Part shown: positions 28,254 through 38,252 of the stretch, piece by piece
Position numbering within the stretch: position 1 is the stretch's first letter
Layout: each line of letters opens with the position of its first letter
Source: Candidatus Latescibacterota bacterium
GTDB taxonomy: Bacteria; Latescibacterota; UBA2968; UBA8231
Direction of reading: 5' to 3'
Length of the DNA stretch: 64,000 bases
Assembly (NCBI GenBank): GCA_965215195.1
Contig: CBDCDC010000002.1
Coordinates: forward strand, 2,432,001-2,496,000
Position numbers and translations under genes: made by a program
The notes under the pieces: generated by a model
What the model was told of the DNA's origin: nothing
The model's input: only the letters and a program-made list of their open reading frames with translations
Databases searched by the model: none

Positions 28254-29063
28254 TTAAAAGGTTACGCTAGCGCAGCTTACACTAGAGAGGGCGTCTGCGC
28301 TTTCTTGGGTCCGCACAACCCCTCCATTGGCGTTTGGATCGCTATTCTCGCAGTGCATAAACTGCCAGTTGACCGAAGTAGCCGAAGTAGAATAACTGAC
28401 AACGTAGTTGGTAGCCCTAGCACCACAGATGGATGCCAGCATACAGGGGCTACTTTTGGGGTACGTCGAAACATTAGCAAGGGTCAGCCTCAAGTCATTG
28501 GCTCTGGCGAATGCGTTCCATTGCCGTACTGGATATGTCCCTACGATGTTGAAGATGTCCACACCGGACTTGATGTTCTCTGCCAGCAATTGCGGGTCGC
28601 CGTTGTCCGAGGGATCGTTGTCGTTGTCGTCCACGTCAACGGTGTGTCCATCGCCGTCATTGTCAACAGCACCGGACGCAGAAAGCGTTCCTATTACATC
28701 AAAGATATCCACTCCCTCTTTGATGTTCTCTGCCAGCAATTGCGAGTCGCCGTTGTCCGAGGGATCGGTGTCATCCTCATCCGTCCCTTCTGTGTGGCCG
28801 TCGCCATCGCTGTCGATGGCCGCGACTTTCCACTGGCCGTCGAGGCAGATGGTGGTTTCCGCCTCGCTATTGTAGACAAATCCTTGTAGCGACGTGCTAC
28901 ATGCGGGACGGGTCGTGTCTTCCAGCATCAGAAGAACACCGCCGATAAGCCTACTGTCATTCGTAGAACTACCGGACCTGTCAGATGCCAGAGAATCGGC
29001 GATCCATGTGGCCGGAAAAGCCGTGAGAAAAAGCACAGCTACTACTGTGCGAAGATATTTCAT
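28254..29063 (-). CDS. Secreted fibre-like repeat protein, paralog with a different C-terminal tip
   Basis: Signal peptide; RP.CSTSLQGFVY..C.D.QW domain; 2x GD.QLLAENIK.GVDIF..GT. Confidence 0.8.
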   Translation of the reverse strand: MKYLRTVVAVLFLTAFPATWIADSLASDRSGSSTNDSRLIGGVLLMLEDTTRPACSTSLQGFVYNSEAETTICLDGQWKVAAIDSDGDGHTEGTDEDDTDPSDNGDSQLLAENIKEGVDIFDVIGTLSASGAVDNDGDGHTVDVDDNDNDPSDNGDPQLLAENIKSGVDIFNIVGTYPVRQWNAFARANDLRLTLANVSTYPKSSPCMLASICGARATNYVVSYSTSATSVNWQFMHCENSDPNANGGVVRTQESADALSSVSCASVTF

Positions 29064-29238
29064 TTCTAACTCCTTTGGGTATGAGTAGTGAATAGGGCAC
29101 CCACTACTTTCTGCGCAAAAGATGATAAGGCTTGGTGTCTAGCCTACATCCAGTGAGGCGCGAAGGTTGTGGGCAACGCACGACGCCGTTTAGTGCGGCC
29201 TCCTTTTCCGTATCGGCATCGACTTCGATGATATACAA

Positions 29239-29253
29239 GCACATTCCGTGCCA
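29239..29253 (-). promoter_or_regulatory. Sigma-54 (-24/-12) promoter
   Basis: TGGCACGGAATGTGC, GG-N10-GC. Confidence 0.75.
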
Positions 29254-29479
29254 AGGCTCACACGTCGCGCAAAAATTCTCCAAGAATGCCCTAACAGACT
29301 GAAAAACATGAGGTAAAAAATGAAATTTACTTTCCACACGTTGTCAGCCCATTTGTCGTTGCCCATCATTTGAACCACTTTTTGCTCCTGTTGCCCAACC
29401 TGCTGTTCACTTGCATAACCTTTTGTCCATCGGGACACCCTGCCCCGTCTGCCGGTACAAGCATCTACGACGACGGCTT

Positions 29480-29711
29480 CGGCCGCTGTATCCCACACTT
29501 GCACATCCGCTAGCGCAGCATCTGATGCCCCATGCCCAACAAGCGTACCGCGCCCCGAGACGACCCAATTTGTCTTCTGAAGGGCCGCGACAAGGCGCGG
29601 CTTCTCCACCTCGTCCTCAGCAAGCGGCACCTCTTGGTCGGGATATGCGGCATGGCGGACCCCGATCACAACGCGCTCGTCGTCGCATTTTCGCTCCATG
29701 AATGACGTCAT
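29480..29711 (-). pseudogene. Internally deleted, frameshifted sigma-54 activator (Fis-type HTH remnant)
   Basis: AAGGAGG SD; EDEVEKPRLVAALQKTNWVVSG, then a frame change to GAVRLLGMGHQMLR*RMCKCGIQRP; no AAA+ domain. Confidence 0.7.
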
Positions 29712-29760
29712 CAAGTGCGACCTCCTTGTCCGCATCGGCTTCAATTTTAATTGGCTATAC

Positions 29761-29775
29761 GCACATTTCATGCCA
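29761..29775 (-). promoter_or_regulatory. Sigma-54 promoter
   Basis: TGGCATGAAATGTGC, GG-N10-GC; upstream flank homologous to the other three. Confidence 0.7.
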
Positions 29776-29892
29776 ACGACCGGCCGCGCACAAAAAAATC
29801 CTTTAGGAATGCCCTAAAGGATTGGAAAACATGAACCTTAGAAATATAGGAGGGGAGTTTCATTGTGACATCCTCCTTTTGAGAAAATTCGT

Positions 29893-30735
29893 TCAAAAAC
29901 GCACTGTGGTAACGACTAACAAATGCCCTTGACTACCGGGCATTAGGGAGACAGAGATGCGGTGGGCCGGAGTGTCCTTAGGAGGCTGGCGCGACCACTC
30001 TGACGCAATCGTAGCTAGGGCTGGCGAACTGACGTATATTCCCCATGGTCTCCACGTACTAGGGAGCGCTAAACTCCCTAGCCCCCCTAGAAAACTGGCC
30101 AACACCAGACGATCAGGATCATCGTATGGGTCCCACAGAGTCACTCCTGCTGGGACCGCCCCAAGATAGCCTACGGCTGCGCCAAGTATGGCACCAGAAA
30201 CGCCACTAAGCTCACCCGGCTCGTCCTGCGTAAACTGAGCACCTACATGAATAGAGCAGTACGCAGCTAGAGTCCCGGTGCTAAACTTGAGGACAATCCG
30301 TTCACCGGTCCCTAGATTGGCAAATCTCCCCGTTCTCGCCGAACGGCCCTCTCCAACTGCAAGGTCGGGTTCTATCCCTTCGGCTCGCGTACTGTCCCTA
30401 GGCACCAAAGAATGAGACAGGTCACCCATAATCAACTTGTAGAAGTATGGAATGACCGTGATGGAGTCAGTATACGTCGTGTGGGTCGTCTGGTAATCAC
30501 CAGCTTTATCTCCTCCGAGACGGAATACCTCGAACCATAGATTCGACGAGGAATCAGCACCGACAATTTCCACCGGGTCAGGTTTGAGGACGCTATATTC
30601 CCCTTCTGTATCTTTCGTAAGTATTAATATGGGAGAACACTTATGCGCCAAGTCCAAGTCGCTGGCCAGACTCTCGTGTGCATTCCCAACCAGCAATAAG
30701 GCGAACCATGTAACTGCAACCATCCAACGCTTCAT
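29893..30735 (-). CDS. Secreted mosaic protein: truncated SPILILT domain plus Gly-rich membrane domain ending in ..VRF
   Basis: Signal peptide MKRWMVAV; SPILILT..KPDPVEIV shared with the 36781 gene; C-domain shared with the 31646 and 37893 genes. Confidence 0.7.
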   Translation of the reverse strand: MKRWMVAVTWFALLLVGNAHESLASDLDLAHKCSPILILTKDTEGEYSVLKPDPVEIVGADSSSNLWFEVFRLGGDKAGDYQTTHTTYTDSITVIPYFYKLIMGDLSHSLVPRDSTRAEGIEPDLAVGEGRSARTGRFANLGTGERIVLKFSTGTLAAYCSIHVGAQFTQDEPGELSGVSGAILGAAVGYLGAVPAGVTLWDPYDDPDRLVLASFLGGLGSLALPSTWRPWGIYVSSPALATIASEWSRQPPKDTPAHRISVSLMPGSQGHLLVVTTVRF

Positions 30736-30794
30736 TAGTGTTTTCCCCCTATTGAGTAGAAAGTTGATTATCCAATCGTCTTCCGACGCACCGT

Positions 30795-31646
30795 TCAAAA
30801 TCGCAGCGCGGCGAAGGTATACAGGCCTCCCCGGCGGTCCGGTGCCACACCGAGGGAGAGACGAGAAGCTGCGGGGGCATAGCGGGACAACTCCGACATA
30901 ATCGTCGCGCCAATAACAGACGAAGCCAACAGATCCCACATATCAGATCTCTCATCGACAGCGGAATCGATATCTATCACTCTAGTAAGCAATAGCATCC
31001 CCATCACGCTGCCAGTCAGAGCCGAGATGTAATGGTCATTTTGATCGACTCTACTCACGCCGACTGGAGTCACGAACGTATATCCGAGCAGCCGGCCAAA
31101 AAAGAAACTGGCACCGAAGTCGTTACCGCCGTTTCTATTCAAGCCAATTAGAATCTGCTCTAATAGAAAGCCAGAAAGTGCGCCCCCAAGAGCACCAGTA
31201 CCCAATTTCTTGACAATCCGTTTGCCGGTTCCCCTCTCGTTTCCTTTTGCGGTTCTCCCCAAAAGACTATCCGGCATCGCTCGTAACCCGCTCGCAGCGT
31301 GGCCAGAATCTACTTGCACACGGTCACTAGCAACCGATCTTTGGGAAAGCACTTGCACGGTCGTCTTCCCGCAGTTGACAAAGGCGATATGATTCATCCT
31401 GACGAGCCCGCCCATCTTAGCATACAGGCAGCGAAGGCCAGTCACATCGCCGCCGACATACACCGTGTCGCGCCACGTCGTGTCCTGTTCGATCCGACCC
31501 GTATAGGAGTCGAGAGAGGCGTCCGGGGGGGACGTGCGTTGTATAGAAGAGGGGGCTTCTTTGATTTCTTGAGCCGCCCCAGCGGACTGAAAAATCAGGG
31601 AGAGCACCAACAATCTCATCCCGTTCAAAGCGCCTATGCGTTTCAT
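30795..31646 (-). CDS. Secreted mosaic protein: internally deleted beta-helix-like module plus Gly-rich C-domain ending in ..LRF
   Basis: GAGGAG SD, signal peptide; IEQDTTWRDTVYVGGDV joined directly to GLRCLYAK. Confidence 0.72.
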   Translation of the reverse strand: MKRIGALNGMRLLVLSLIFQSAGAAQEIKEAPSSIQRTSPPDASLDSYTGRIEQDTTWRDTVYVGGDVTGLRCLYAKMGGLVRMNHIAFVNCGKTTVQVLSQRSVASDRVQVDSGHAASGLRAMPDSLLGRTAKGNERGTGKRIVKKLGTGALGGALSGFLLEQILIGLNRNGGNDFGASFFFGRLLGYTFVTPVGVSRVDQNDHYISALTGSVMGMLLLTRVIDIDSAVDERSDMWDLLASSVIGATIMSELSRYAPAASRLSLGVAPDRRGGLYTFAALRF

Positions 31647-31850
31647 CTTATGCTCCTCGTGTGCCGGGTACGCCCCAACCATGTGGGTTGTATCGCGGGT
31701 CTGTGCCCGCCGCAGGGCGAGGGGCCGACCCCTTATTATGAGAGAATCGGTCTGTTGCACAAGGCCGCCCAGACCCCATCGGCGCTTAACCGATTAGACC
31801 CTAAAAGGGAACGGCGAGCCACTTGAGCTTGAGCAACGCACGACGCCATG

Positions 31851-32555
31851 TTAACGAATACTACGTTCAAAGTGGATATTTATCCCCCCAAAGAGGTCAG
31901 CTTCTACCCGTACATTGAACCGCTTCGATATGGGACTCTCCACTCCAAGTCCCAAACGAAGTATACTGGGGCACGATGCCTCCCATTCCCGGTCACATCT
32001 TGGTTCTGACCATACTATACCTCCTACCCCGAAGAGAAGATACGTGCGAGGCATGATAGTATATACATGGGCATTTAGAGTCATACTTAGCCATAATGGA
32101 AACACGCCCTCTTTTTGACCGCCTATCAAGACTACCTCAAAAGCCCGGTTTGAGTAAGGCATATATCTTGAGGCGAGCCCTATGCCCGTAAAACGGTGAC
32201 CAGGACTAAGAAAAACTAGTCCAGGAAACGTGCCCGCGGATAAGCTTCCGGACCAGCGATCAACCCTTATTGGACGGCTGAATGTATGTATCCGTCGATA
32301 GTCAAGGTCAATAGGTCCTTTTATCCCACCATCTAACGTAACCGAGTCGTCATCTACATGGAGAACGCGCCCTTTCTTGGTTCTCATTTTCGCTTGTTCG
32401 TCCTTATAGGTGACTTTGACTTTCTCGCCCTCTTTGAATAGCTGTTGGTCAATCGTCTCCCCTTGGCGAGTGGTTACTATTTGAGACATGGGTGCGGCAC
32501 ATCCTGTTGCGAGAAGCAAAATCACCATACTCAGAAAGCCCCATAAGCGGTGCAT
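31851..32555 (-). CDS. Lipoprotein with small beta domain and OM beta-barrel-like C-terminus
   Basis: GAAGGAGG SD; lipobox LATGC; alternating hydrophobic strands. Confidence 0.7.
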   Translation of the reverse strand: MHRLWGFLSMVILLLATGCAAPMSQIVTTRQGETIDQQLFKEGEKVKVTYKDEQAKMRTKKGRVLHVDDDSVTLDGGIKGPIDLDYRRIHTFSRPIRVDRWSGSLSAGTFPGLVFLSPGHRFTGIGLASRYMPYSNRAFEVVLIGGQKEGVFPLWLSMTLNAHVYTIMPRTYLLFGVGGIVWSEPRCDREWEASCPSILRLGLGVESPISKRFNVRVEADLFGGINIHFERSIR

Positions 32556-32833
32556 CGCTCTACCTCCTTCCGGTAGCATAGCGTGATGGATTGGGACGAC
32601 GCGGTCCCGGGGCTTTCTATAATCTCCGATTTTCTTCATCGACTCAAGGTCTCTTTCGCACACAGACTTGGTGCCCAGCTTACATCGAGGGTACGGCGCG
32701 AAGGTTGTGAACAACCAACGCTGCCATTGAATGCGGCTTCCTTTCCCGCATCGGCTCCAACGTCAAGTAGCTATAAGCATATTCCGTGCCACATACTCCA
32801 TCACGTACAAAGAAATCATTCAGGCTTACCCTA
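32422..32833. repeat. ~410-bp duplicated promoter + 5'UTR + lipoprotein leader block (other copy 37760-38171)
   Basis: Near-identical sequence at offset 5338 bp. Confidence 0.95.
32777..32791 (-). promoter_or_regulatory. Sigma-54 promoter
   Basis: TGGCACGGAATATGC. Confidence 0.78.
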
Positions 32834-33034
32834 AAACTCCGCTTCGCCGACCAGCCGTTGTTGCTCGTCACTTGAACATGCCCCTCCGATACCGCAACGT
32901 CTGCCCACTATGCGACGCTGGTCACCGACAGGTATGCCGACCTCCACCATCCCTAGACGGCTTCGGGCAAAATCCGCACCGTGTTTCTGGTGATTACGGG
33001 TATATCCTGGTGGGGTTTTTACGACGACGCGGAT

Positions 33035-33129
33035 GAGCCTCCTCGTAGGCGACGAGGAGGCTTTGAAGGGCGAGGGGCTTGAAGGTGTTGCGGAGGGGCC
33101 GGCGGCGTATTCTCTCGCCGCCGGCCCCT
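33035..33129. terminator. Two strong hairpins downstream of the FN3 gene
   Basis: agcctcctcgt-aggcg-acgaggaggct and ggggccggcggcg-..-cgccgccggcccc. Confidence 0.6.
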
Positions 33130-33188
33130 GTACGCGCTACCATTTAGTAGCGGACTGGCCTTTGCGGTTGCAGGCCGGCCCGCTGGGT

Positions 33189-35630
33189 TCAAGAGCCCGG
33201 GCTATGGACGCTCAGTTGCAGGGCGAACGTATCGGTATCGCCATCGCTGTCGCGCACCGTCCACGTAATCCCACATTGCCCCGGTGAGGTAGGCTGTCCA
33301 CTCACCGATGAAGAGGTCGCCCTCAAGCCAGCGCAGGAGCCGCTGACCGAGTAGCGCAACGACCCGTTGCCCCCACTGGCCGACGGCCGGGTAAAGCTGA
33401 AATACGAGCCCACCGTCGTCGAGCGAGACGTGCCCGATGACGAGAATGTAGGCGTGGTATCAGCCGCCACGGAAACTTGCAGGGCGTAGGTGTCGGTATC
33501 GCCATCGGCGTCGCGTACCGTCCACGTAATCCCGCATTGCCCCGATGAGGTAGGCTGTCCACTCACCGACGAAGAGGTCGCCGTTAGGCCAGCGCAGGAG
33601 CCACTGACCGAGTAGCGCAACGACCCGTTGCCTCCGCTGGCCGACGGCCGGGTAAAGCTGAAATACGAGCCCACCGTCGTCGAGCGAGACGTGCCCGATG
33701 ACGAAAACGCCGGCGTGAGATCCTCATCGTTGTCGAGCAGCCACACCGTCGCCTGTTGCGTCGTACCGACCACGCGCACCCCCGAAGGCAGACTCCCAAA
33801 CGACAGCGACACCGTCTCGTCGTCGGCATCGGCGTCCTCGTTGGCCGTCAGCGTAAACGACTGCGACGACGCACCCGCGGCAAACGATAACGACACCGTC
33901 CCATTCGTCAGGTTCGCCACCGCGTAGTCGTCCGCCTCCGTGCCCGCATCCGCCAACACCACCACCGGAATAAGCACCGTCTGCGGCGGTGCGGGTGCCA
34001 GCGACACCGTGATCGACGCACGCGCCCCCCCTTCGGTGGCTTGGTAGGACACCACCCCAAACGACACGAACCCCGACCACGCCGCCGGCCTTGCCGACTG
34101 CGACGCCGATGCGCCGGCACCGACGCCGTTGACCGCCCGCACCGCAAACTCATACTCGGCGCCATTGGTCAGCCCCGTAACCGTACTATCGCGGGCGGTG
34201 CTGCCGCCCGACACGGTAGCCCACTCCGGCCAGCCATGCCCTGAGTTGGCCACCCGCCACCGCACCTCATACCGCTCAATCGCCGAGCCGTTGGCCGGGG
34301 CCGCCTCCCACCGCAAGACCACTTGGCCAGCCCCCGGCGAGGGCATAAAATGCGCTGGCGCATCCGGCACACCCGCTGGCGTGGCCGTTACCGACGCCGA
34401 CGCCGACGCCCCGGCGCTATTGACCACCCACACCTCGAAGGTGTACGCCGTGCCGTTGGTCAGCCCATCCACCATATGGCGCGTGGTCCGTCCCAACGGG
34501 GCACCCTCCGCCGACGGAGCCCACCGCGTACTTGCGGCGCGATACCGATACTTATAGCCCGTGATCGTTGCGCCGCCATTCGATTCGGGGGCCTCCCATG
34601 TCAACGCCACCGACTCGTTGGCCGGGATAGCCGCCACGTTCTGCGGCGCACTCGGCCGCCGCACCGGCGACTCGGGCAGCGAATTCGGCATGGGAACATC
34701 ATTACCCTCTGGGAAGGCCGTGGACCAAGCACCATGACCTTGCGCGTTCGTCGCCCGCACCTGATAGCGGTAGCGAGTATTCCCACTCAACCCGGTATGC
34801 GTATAGCGGGTGGTCCCAGCGGCGAGGGCATCGGGCAGGATGCACCAATCCGACCAATCCGACATCACTACACCCTGCACCGCCTGGCTCTGATAGCGCA
34901 GGGTGTACCCGTCCACTGCCGGGGTAGCCGACACCGCATCCCAACTCACATCAAGCTGCCCGCCCCGCCTAACGGGCTGATCCGGCGGCGTAACGGGCAC
35001 CTGAACAGAAAGCCCGGTCGGTTGCGGCGGCACGCTATGCCCACCGGCTGTTGGCGTCACCGACACTGACGCCGACGCCGGCCCCTGCCCGCCGCTGTTG
35101 ACCGCCCGCACCTTGAAGAAATAGGTCTGCCCGTTGGTCAGACTCCCTACCGTATATTCCGTCGTAAAGGTTCTGCTGTCAGGAATAGGCTCCCATGCCA
35201 CCGCAATCTCCGAAACCCGCGTCTGCTGATATTGCCAAGTACACTGGATGGCGTTCGGTTCGTCCCAACTCAGCGTCACTTCGCCATCGCCGGCTCGTGC
35301 CGTCAGGGTCGGCGTATGGGTCGGCGTAACCAAGGCCGGCGTAGCCAGCGGACTGAGCGGACTTAATTCTACCGACACCGTCGTCGCCGAACCTGCTCCA
35401 GTGCTGTTGACCGCCCGCACTAAGAACGTAGCGGTCTCGCCGTCAATCAGACCCGTCACGGTATGCTCTGTCGTGAGCGGTCCACTGTTGGGCATCGTCT
35501 GCCAGTCCCTCCATCCCACGCCCTCCGGCTTTAACCGATACTGCCACTGTGTAAGCGTCCCAGCGCAGCGTTGTTTGGCTGACGCCTGCTTGTGCGGTCA
35601 GACCGGTCGGCGGAGGGGGAGGGGGCATAT
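33189..35630 (-). pseudogene. FN3 x5 + Calx-beta + 2x 87-aa Ig-like adhesin region, frameshifted from its upstream part
   Basis: First FN3 split across frames (PPPPTGLTAQAGVSQTTLRWD / TQWQYRLKPEGVGWRDW); no signal peptide of its own. Confidence 0.75.
33196..33717. repeat. 261-bp tandem duplication (87-aa Ig-like domain with a Cys pair)
   Basis: TP.FSSSGTSRSTTVGSYFSFTRPSASGGNGSLRYSVSGSCAG.. x2. Confidence 0.92.
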
Positions 35631-36781
35631 TGTGAAGCCAGGTCGATATTGGAGGCATCACCGGCTTGTGTGCTTAACACCTTGCCAGTATGGGTCATAT
35701 ATTCCCGTCTCCCCAAAATAGCAGCAGTTGAAGCAGTAGTTGATTTACCTGCTCCTACTGCTGAATTTGGATCGCCAATTCCCTCAGTTACGCTGTGGAG
35801 CTCAATGGTTCCGCCAACGGGATATGCAGCATGCGAGCCGGCCCCCACGTAAACAACGGGATGGGTGCCTTGGCTCAGTTTTAAGTTTTCTCGCGGACTG
35901 AAAGCAAAACTGGAGGTAAACCCCGGGTGATTAGGAAAATTTTTATAGTAAGTCACCCAAGCACCATGAAACCTATACTCCACGCCTAGGACCTCGATGG
36001 TATCGTCATCAGGATCGCTTGAACTGACCACCACCTCAATGCGCTGCCAGTCGCCCTCGTGGTTGTTCCACCAGTCATTGTAGGGATAGAAGTAGTGGTA
36101 CTGGATTACGGTAAGTGTGCCGCTATAATTGCTGTGAGTTGTTGAGTCTATATGCACATACGCTGTATTGGGATGATTATAGCCCCTATAATCGGATATT
36201 GGGGAGATCGGATAGTCAACTTGGTCTCCTGTGCCAAAGTACGTATTGTTCCACTCTGTGGGAGTCTCACCGGGATAGTCAAAATAGGCACTGTTTATTA
36301 CATAGGGCCTACCGTCGGGGTGGTCGGGGTACGTAACGCCCTCTGGGGCGGGGGGCATTTTTTCTGAGCCATGGCGAACTATGAAATTGAACGGCTCAAC
36401 CCCTTTTAAGAAGGCAAACTTACTTTGATCAAAGTTGAATCTATTTGGTGAGGTCGGCCCATAGAATTGTTTAGACCATAAATCTTGGTTCAAGTAAAGA
36501 TCATTGGAATGAAAATACTTTGAATCCAAGTAATGTCCCTGACCGATTCCGGGTATGTCAAACCACATAGACGCAATGTTTGTCGCCCTGACGATTTCCA
36601 CGGGTTCCGGTTTGATTACGCGAATAGGCTCCGTCGGGTCATAGCTAGTGGAGTTCTCTTCCGTCAGGATCAAGATGGGCGAAAACATCTCGGCCAATCG
36701 CTCTTTGTCCTCATCACTGATCGCATCCGCCCCTTCAGCTATGAGCATGGCGAACAAGAGTACAACACGAATAATCCGCAT
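35531..36781 (-). CDS. Secreted Vps62/NPP1-like domain protein (probable 5' part of the FN3 adhesin gene)
   Basis: AGGAGG SD, signal peptide; LAEMFSPIL, IQYHYFYPYNDWWNNHEGDWQ, THPVVYVGAGSHA. Confidence 0.75.
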   Translation of the reverse strand: MRIIRVVLLFAMLIAEGADAISDEDKERLAEMFSPILILTEENSTSYDPTEPIRVIKPEPVEIVRATNIASMWFDIPGIGQGHYLDSKYFHSNDLYLNQDLWSKQFYGPTSPNRFNFDQSKFAFLKGVEPFNFIVRHGSEKMPPAPEGVTYPDHPDGRPYVINSAYFDYPGETPTEWNNTYFGTGDQVDYPISPISDYRGYNHPNTAYVHIDSTTHSNYSGTLTVIQYHYFYPYNDWWNNHEGDWQRIEVVVSSSDPDDDTIEVLGVEYRFHGAWVTYYKNFPNHPGFTSSFAFSPRENLKLSQGTHPVVYVGAGSHAAYPVGGTIELHSVTEGIGDPNSAVGAGKSTTASTAAILGRREYMTHTGKVLSTQAGDASNIDLASQYAPSPSADRSDRTSRRQPNNAALGRLHSGSIG

Positions 36782-36807
36782 GAGAGGTATCCTCCTCTTA
36801 TTGAGTT

Positions 36808-37893
36808 TCAAAAGCGTATTGTGGTAATAGCTAATAGGCCCCCCTTGGGAGTCGGAACCAAACCGACCGAGACCCGGCGAGCTTCAGGCTTCAAGTGGAG
36901 CTTAGCCGAAAGGGACTTGCGCCATACTTCCGACGCAATCGTTGCACCAACAATAGGACCGAAAAAGGCACTTAAGACTGCTAAACCCGCACCATCTTCC
37001 CATTCTGTAAGAGCTATAGCAACAGGCACTCCTGCTCCCGCCAGCGTACTGCCCGCGAGTGTTATGAGGAAATTATCCTGCGGATCAACCCAGCTCACGC
37101 CAACCGCGGTTCCAACCAAGTTGCCGCCCCAAAATCCCAAAACGATAGTGCCAGCGTCAGCAATGGCATAGGCAGCAGTGGGGTCAGTACCTGGTTCTGC
37201 TTCTCGCTGAGACTGTATCGCCGGTAGCACCCAACCAAACGCAATGGTCGCTCCTACGAGTCCGCCACCGACGCCCCCAAGCACACCGGCCGCCAATTTT
37301 TTGCCAAGCGGTGTGTCGCCCCCCCCTTCCCTTGCCTTAACCTTTGGTAGCCCTGTGCTGTTCTGCGATACTCCAATCGGCTTCCCGCAGTTGACAAAGG
37401 CGACATGGTCCATCGCGATGCGCCCGCCCCTCTTGGCATACAGACAGCGCAGGCCGTCTCGGATCGTGGCGTTGGAGACGTCCGCTCGTCCCCCACGCTC
37501 GACGACAATGTCATACCAGTCAGCCCCCAACGAAGCCGCATCCGCCGAACCAAAGACGATGCCCTCGGCTTGAGCCTGTAGCCGCCCCACGACGAGCAGT
37601 TCCGCACGGGTGGCGTCCAAGCCGCCTTGGGTATCATCGTAGTAGGGCAGAAAGCGAACCGCCGTATTGGGAGCAAGGGTTGAGGTCGCGCTCGACACAA
37701 TATTCACATCGCCGCCGACATACACCGTGTCGCGCCACGTCGTGTCCTGTTCGATCTGATTCTCGCCCTCTTTGAATAGGTGTTGGTCAATCGTCCCCCC
37801 TTGGCGAGTGGTCACTATTTGAGACATGGGTGCGGCACATCCTGTTGCGAGAAGCAAAATCACCATACTCAGAAAGCCCCATAAGCGGTGCAT
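36808..37893 (-). CDS. Mosaic lipoprotein: leader of the 32555 gene + beta-helix-like module + Gly-rich C-domain ending in ..IRF
   Basis: Near-identical first ~44 aa to the 32555 gene; IEQDTTWRDTVYVGGDV module; GVSWVDP..GATIASE..RVSVGLVP. Confidence 0.8.
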   Translation of the reverse strand: MHRLWGFLSMVILLLATGCAAPMSQIVTTRQGGTIDQHLFKEGENQIEQDTTWRDTVYVGGDVNIVSSATSTLAPNTAVRFLPYYDDTQGGLDATRAELLVVGRLQAQAEGIVFGSADAASLGADWYDIVVERGGRADVSNATIRDGLRCLYAKRGGRIAMDHVAFVNCGKPIGVSQNSTGLPKVKAREGGGDTPLGKKLAAGVLGGVGGGLVGATIAFGWVLPAIQSQREAEPGTDPTAAYAIADAGTIVLGFWGGNLVGTAVGVSWVDPQDNFLITLAGSTLAGAGVPVAIALTEWEDGAGLAVLSAFFGPIVGATIASEVWRKSLSAKLHLKPEARRVSVGLVPTPKGGLLAITTIRF

Positions 37894-38171
37894 CGCTCTA
37901 CCTCCTTCTGGTAGCATAGCGTGATGGATTGGGACGACGCGGTCCCGGGGCTTTCTATAATCTCCGATTTTCTTCATCGACTCAAGGTCTCTTTCGCACA
38001 CAGACTTGGTGCCCAGCTTACATCGAGGGTACGGCGCGAAGGTTGTGAACAACCAACGCTGCCATTGAATGCGGCTTCCTTTCCCGCATCGGCTCCAACG
38101 TCAAGTAGCTATAAGCATATTCCGTGCCACATACTCCATCACGCACAAAAAAATCGTTCAGGTTTACCTTA
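37760..38171. repeat. Second copy of the 410-bp promoter/leader block
   Basis: Matches 32422-32833. Confidence 0.95.
38115..38129 (-). promoter_or_regulatory. Sigma-54 promoter
   Basis: TGGCACGGAATATGC. Confidence 0.78.
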
Positions 38172-38252
38172 ACAGGTTGAAAAACATGAATCTTAGAAAT
38201 ATGAGGAGGAGGGTTTCTACGCTTCGCTGACCAGCCGTTGGTGCTCGTCGCT

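Noticed and set aside
32556-32714. 53-aa extension MFTTFAPYPRC.. on two ORFs (also 37894-38052)
   Set aside because: It is the duplicated 5'UTR; the SD and lipoprotein signal begin at MHRLWG.
27101-38171. Diversity-generating retroelement or shufflon explaining the duplications
   Set aside because: No reverse transcriptase or recombinase in the window, differences between copies do not look adenine-specific, and no inverted crossover sites were seen.
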